Assembly: GCF_006345805.1 (NCBI RefSeq)
Contig: NC_042998.1
Coordinates: 194,184,001-194,248,000, forward strand
Direction of reading: 5' to 3'
Source: Octopus sinensis
Taxonomy: Eukaryota
DNA: 64,000 nucleotides
Made by a program: the position numbers and the translations under genes. The notes beneath the pieces were generated by a model that saw nothing but the letters and a program-made list of their open reading frames with translations, was not told the DNA's origin and did no database searches. Every line of letters starts with the position of its first letter. The first letter of the stretch is position 1. Shown in pieces: positions 63,702 through 64,000 of the stretch.

Positions 63702-64000
63702 TAAAATTTTCGATAAACTTTAATTTTTGAAATGCTGGCAGCCAAACCAACTATTTAATCTGTAATATGTTGTTTATCACATTAAATGCATATTGAATTA
63801 TTAAAACTACAAAAGATATGTAGTTTAGGTCAACAAATTGTTTGTTTTTAAAAAAAAAAATTTTTATAATGTGCTGTTTATCGCATTAAATGCATATTGA
63901 ATGCTTAAAATTACAAAAGACATGTTGTTAATTCGTTTTCCGCGTGTAAAATACAAATATTGACAACACGGGCTATTTTCAGAATGTTGACAGTCATGAA

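Overview
This is AT-rich, microsatellite-dense eukaryotic genomic DNA. The SINE/LINE repertoire and gene content suggest an octopus (coleoid cephalopod); that assignment is an inference. I can reconstruct three protein-coding genes with consistent splice phases. (1) The last three coding exons of a Pax eyegone-type gene on + (6539-6895, 8269-8453, 11469-11846): end of the paired domain plus an S50 homeodomain. Its upstream exons were not found in the window. (2) An intronless GT31 beta-1,3-galactosyltransferase-family gene on - (27168-28607) with a degenerate DxD motif and a 99-bp internal duplication. (3) A complete five-exon RSPH9 on - (61384 to 49135, 273 aa) with a candidate RFX/forkhead/NRF1 promoter. 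The rest is mostly transposon-derived: several tRNA-derived SINE families (many with exact TSDs), RTE, CR1/L2-type and R4/Dong-type LINE fragments, Tc1/mariner/DD37D remnants, Helitron-, piggyBac- and Merlin-like non-autonomous elements, and a young non-autonomous LTR element with tRNA-Trp PBS, PPT and 4-bp TSD. The most unusual signal is a set of sequence-unrelated fold-back elements, mostly embedded in (TA)n tracts, several carrying hammerhead-ribozyme cores; one at 14127-14171 (-) looks essentially intact. There is also a 1-kb, strongly G-depleted, Penelope-like relic with retained CpGs. Most short ORFs in the supplied track are microsatellite or SINE artefacts.
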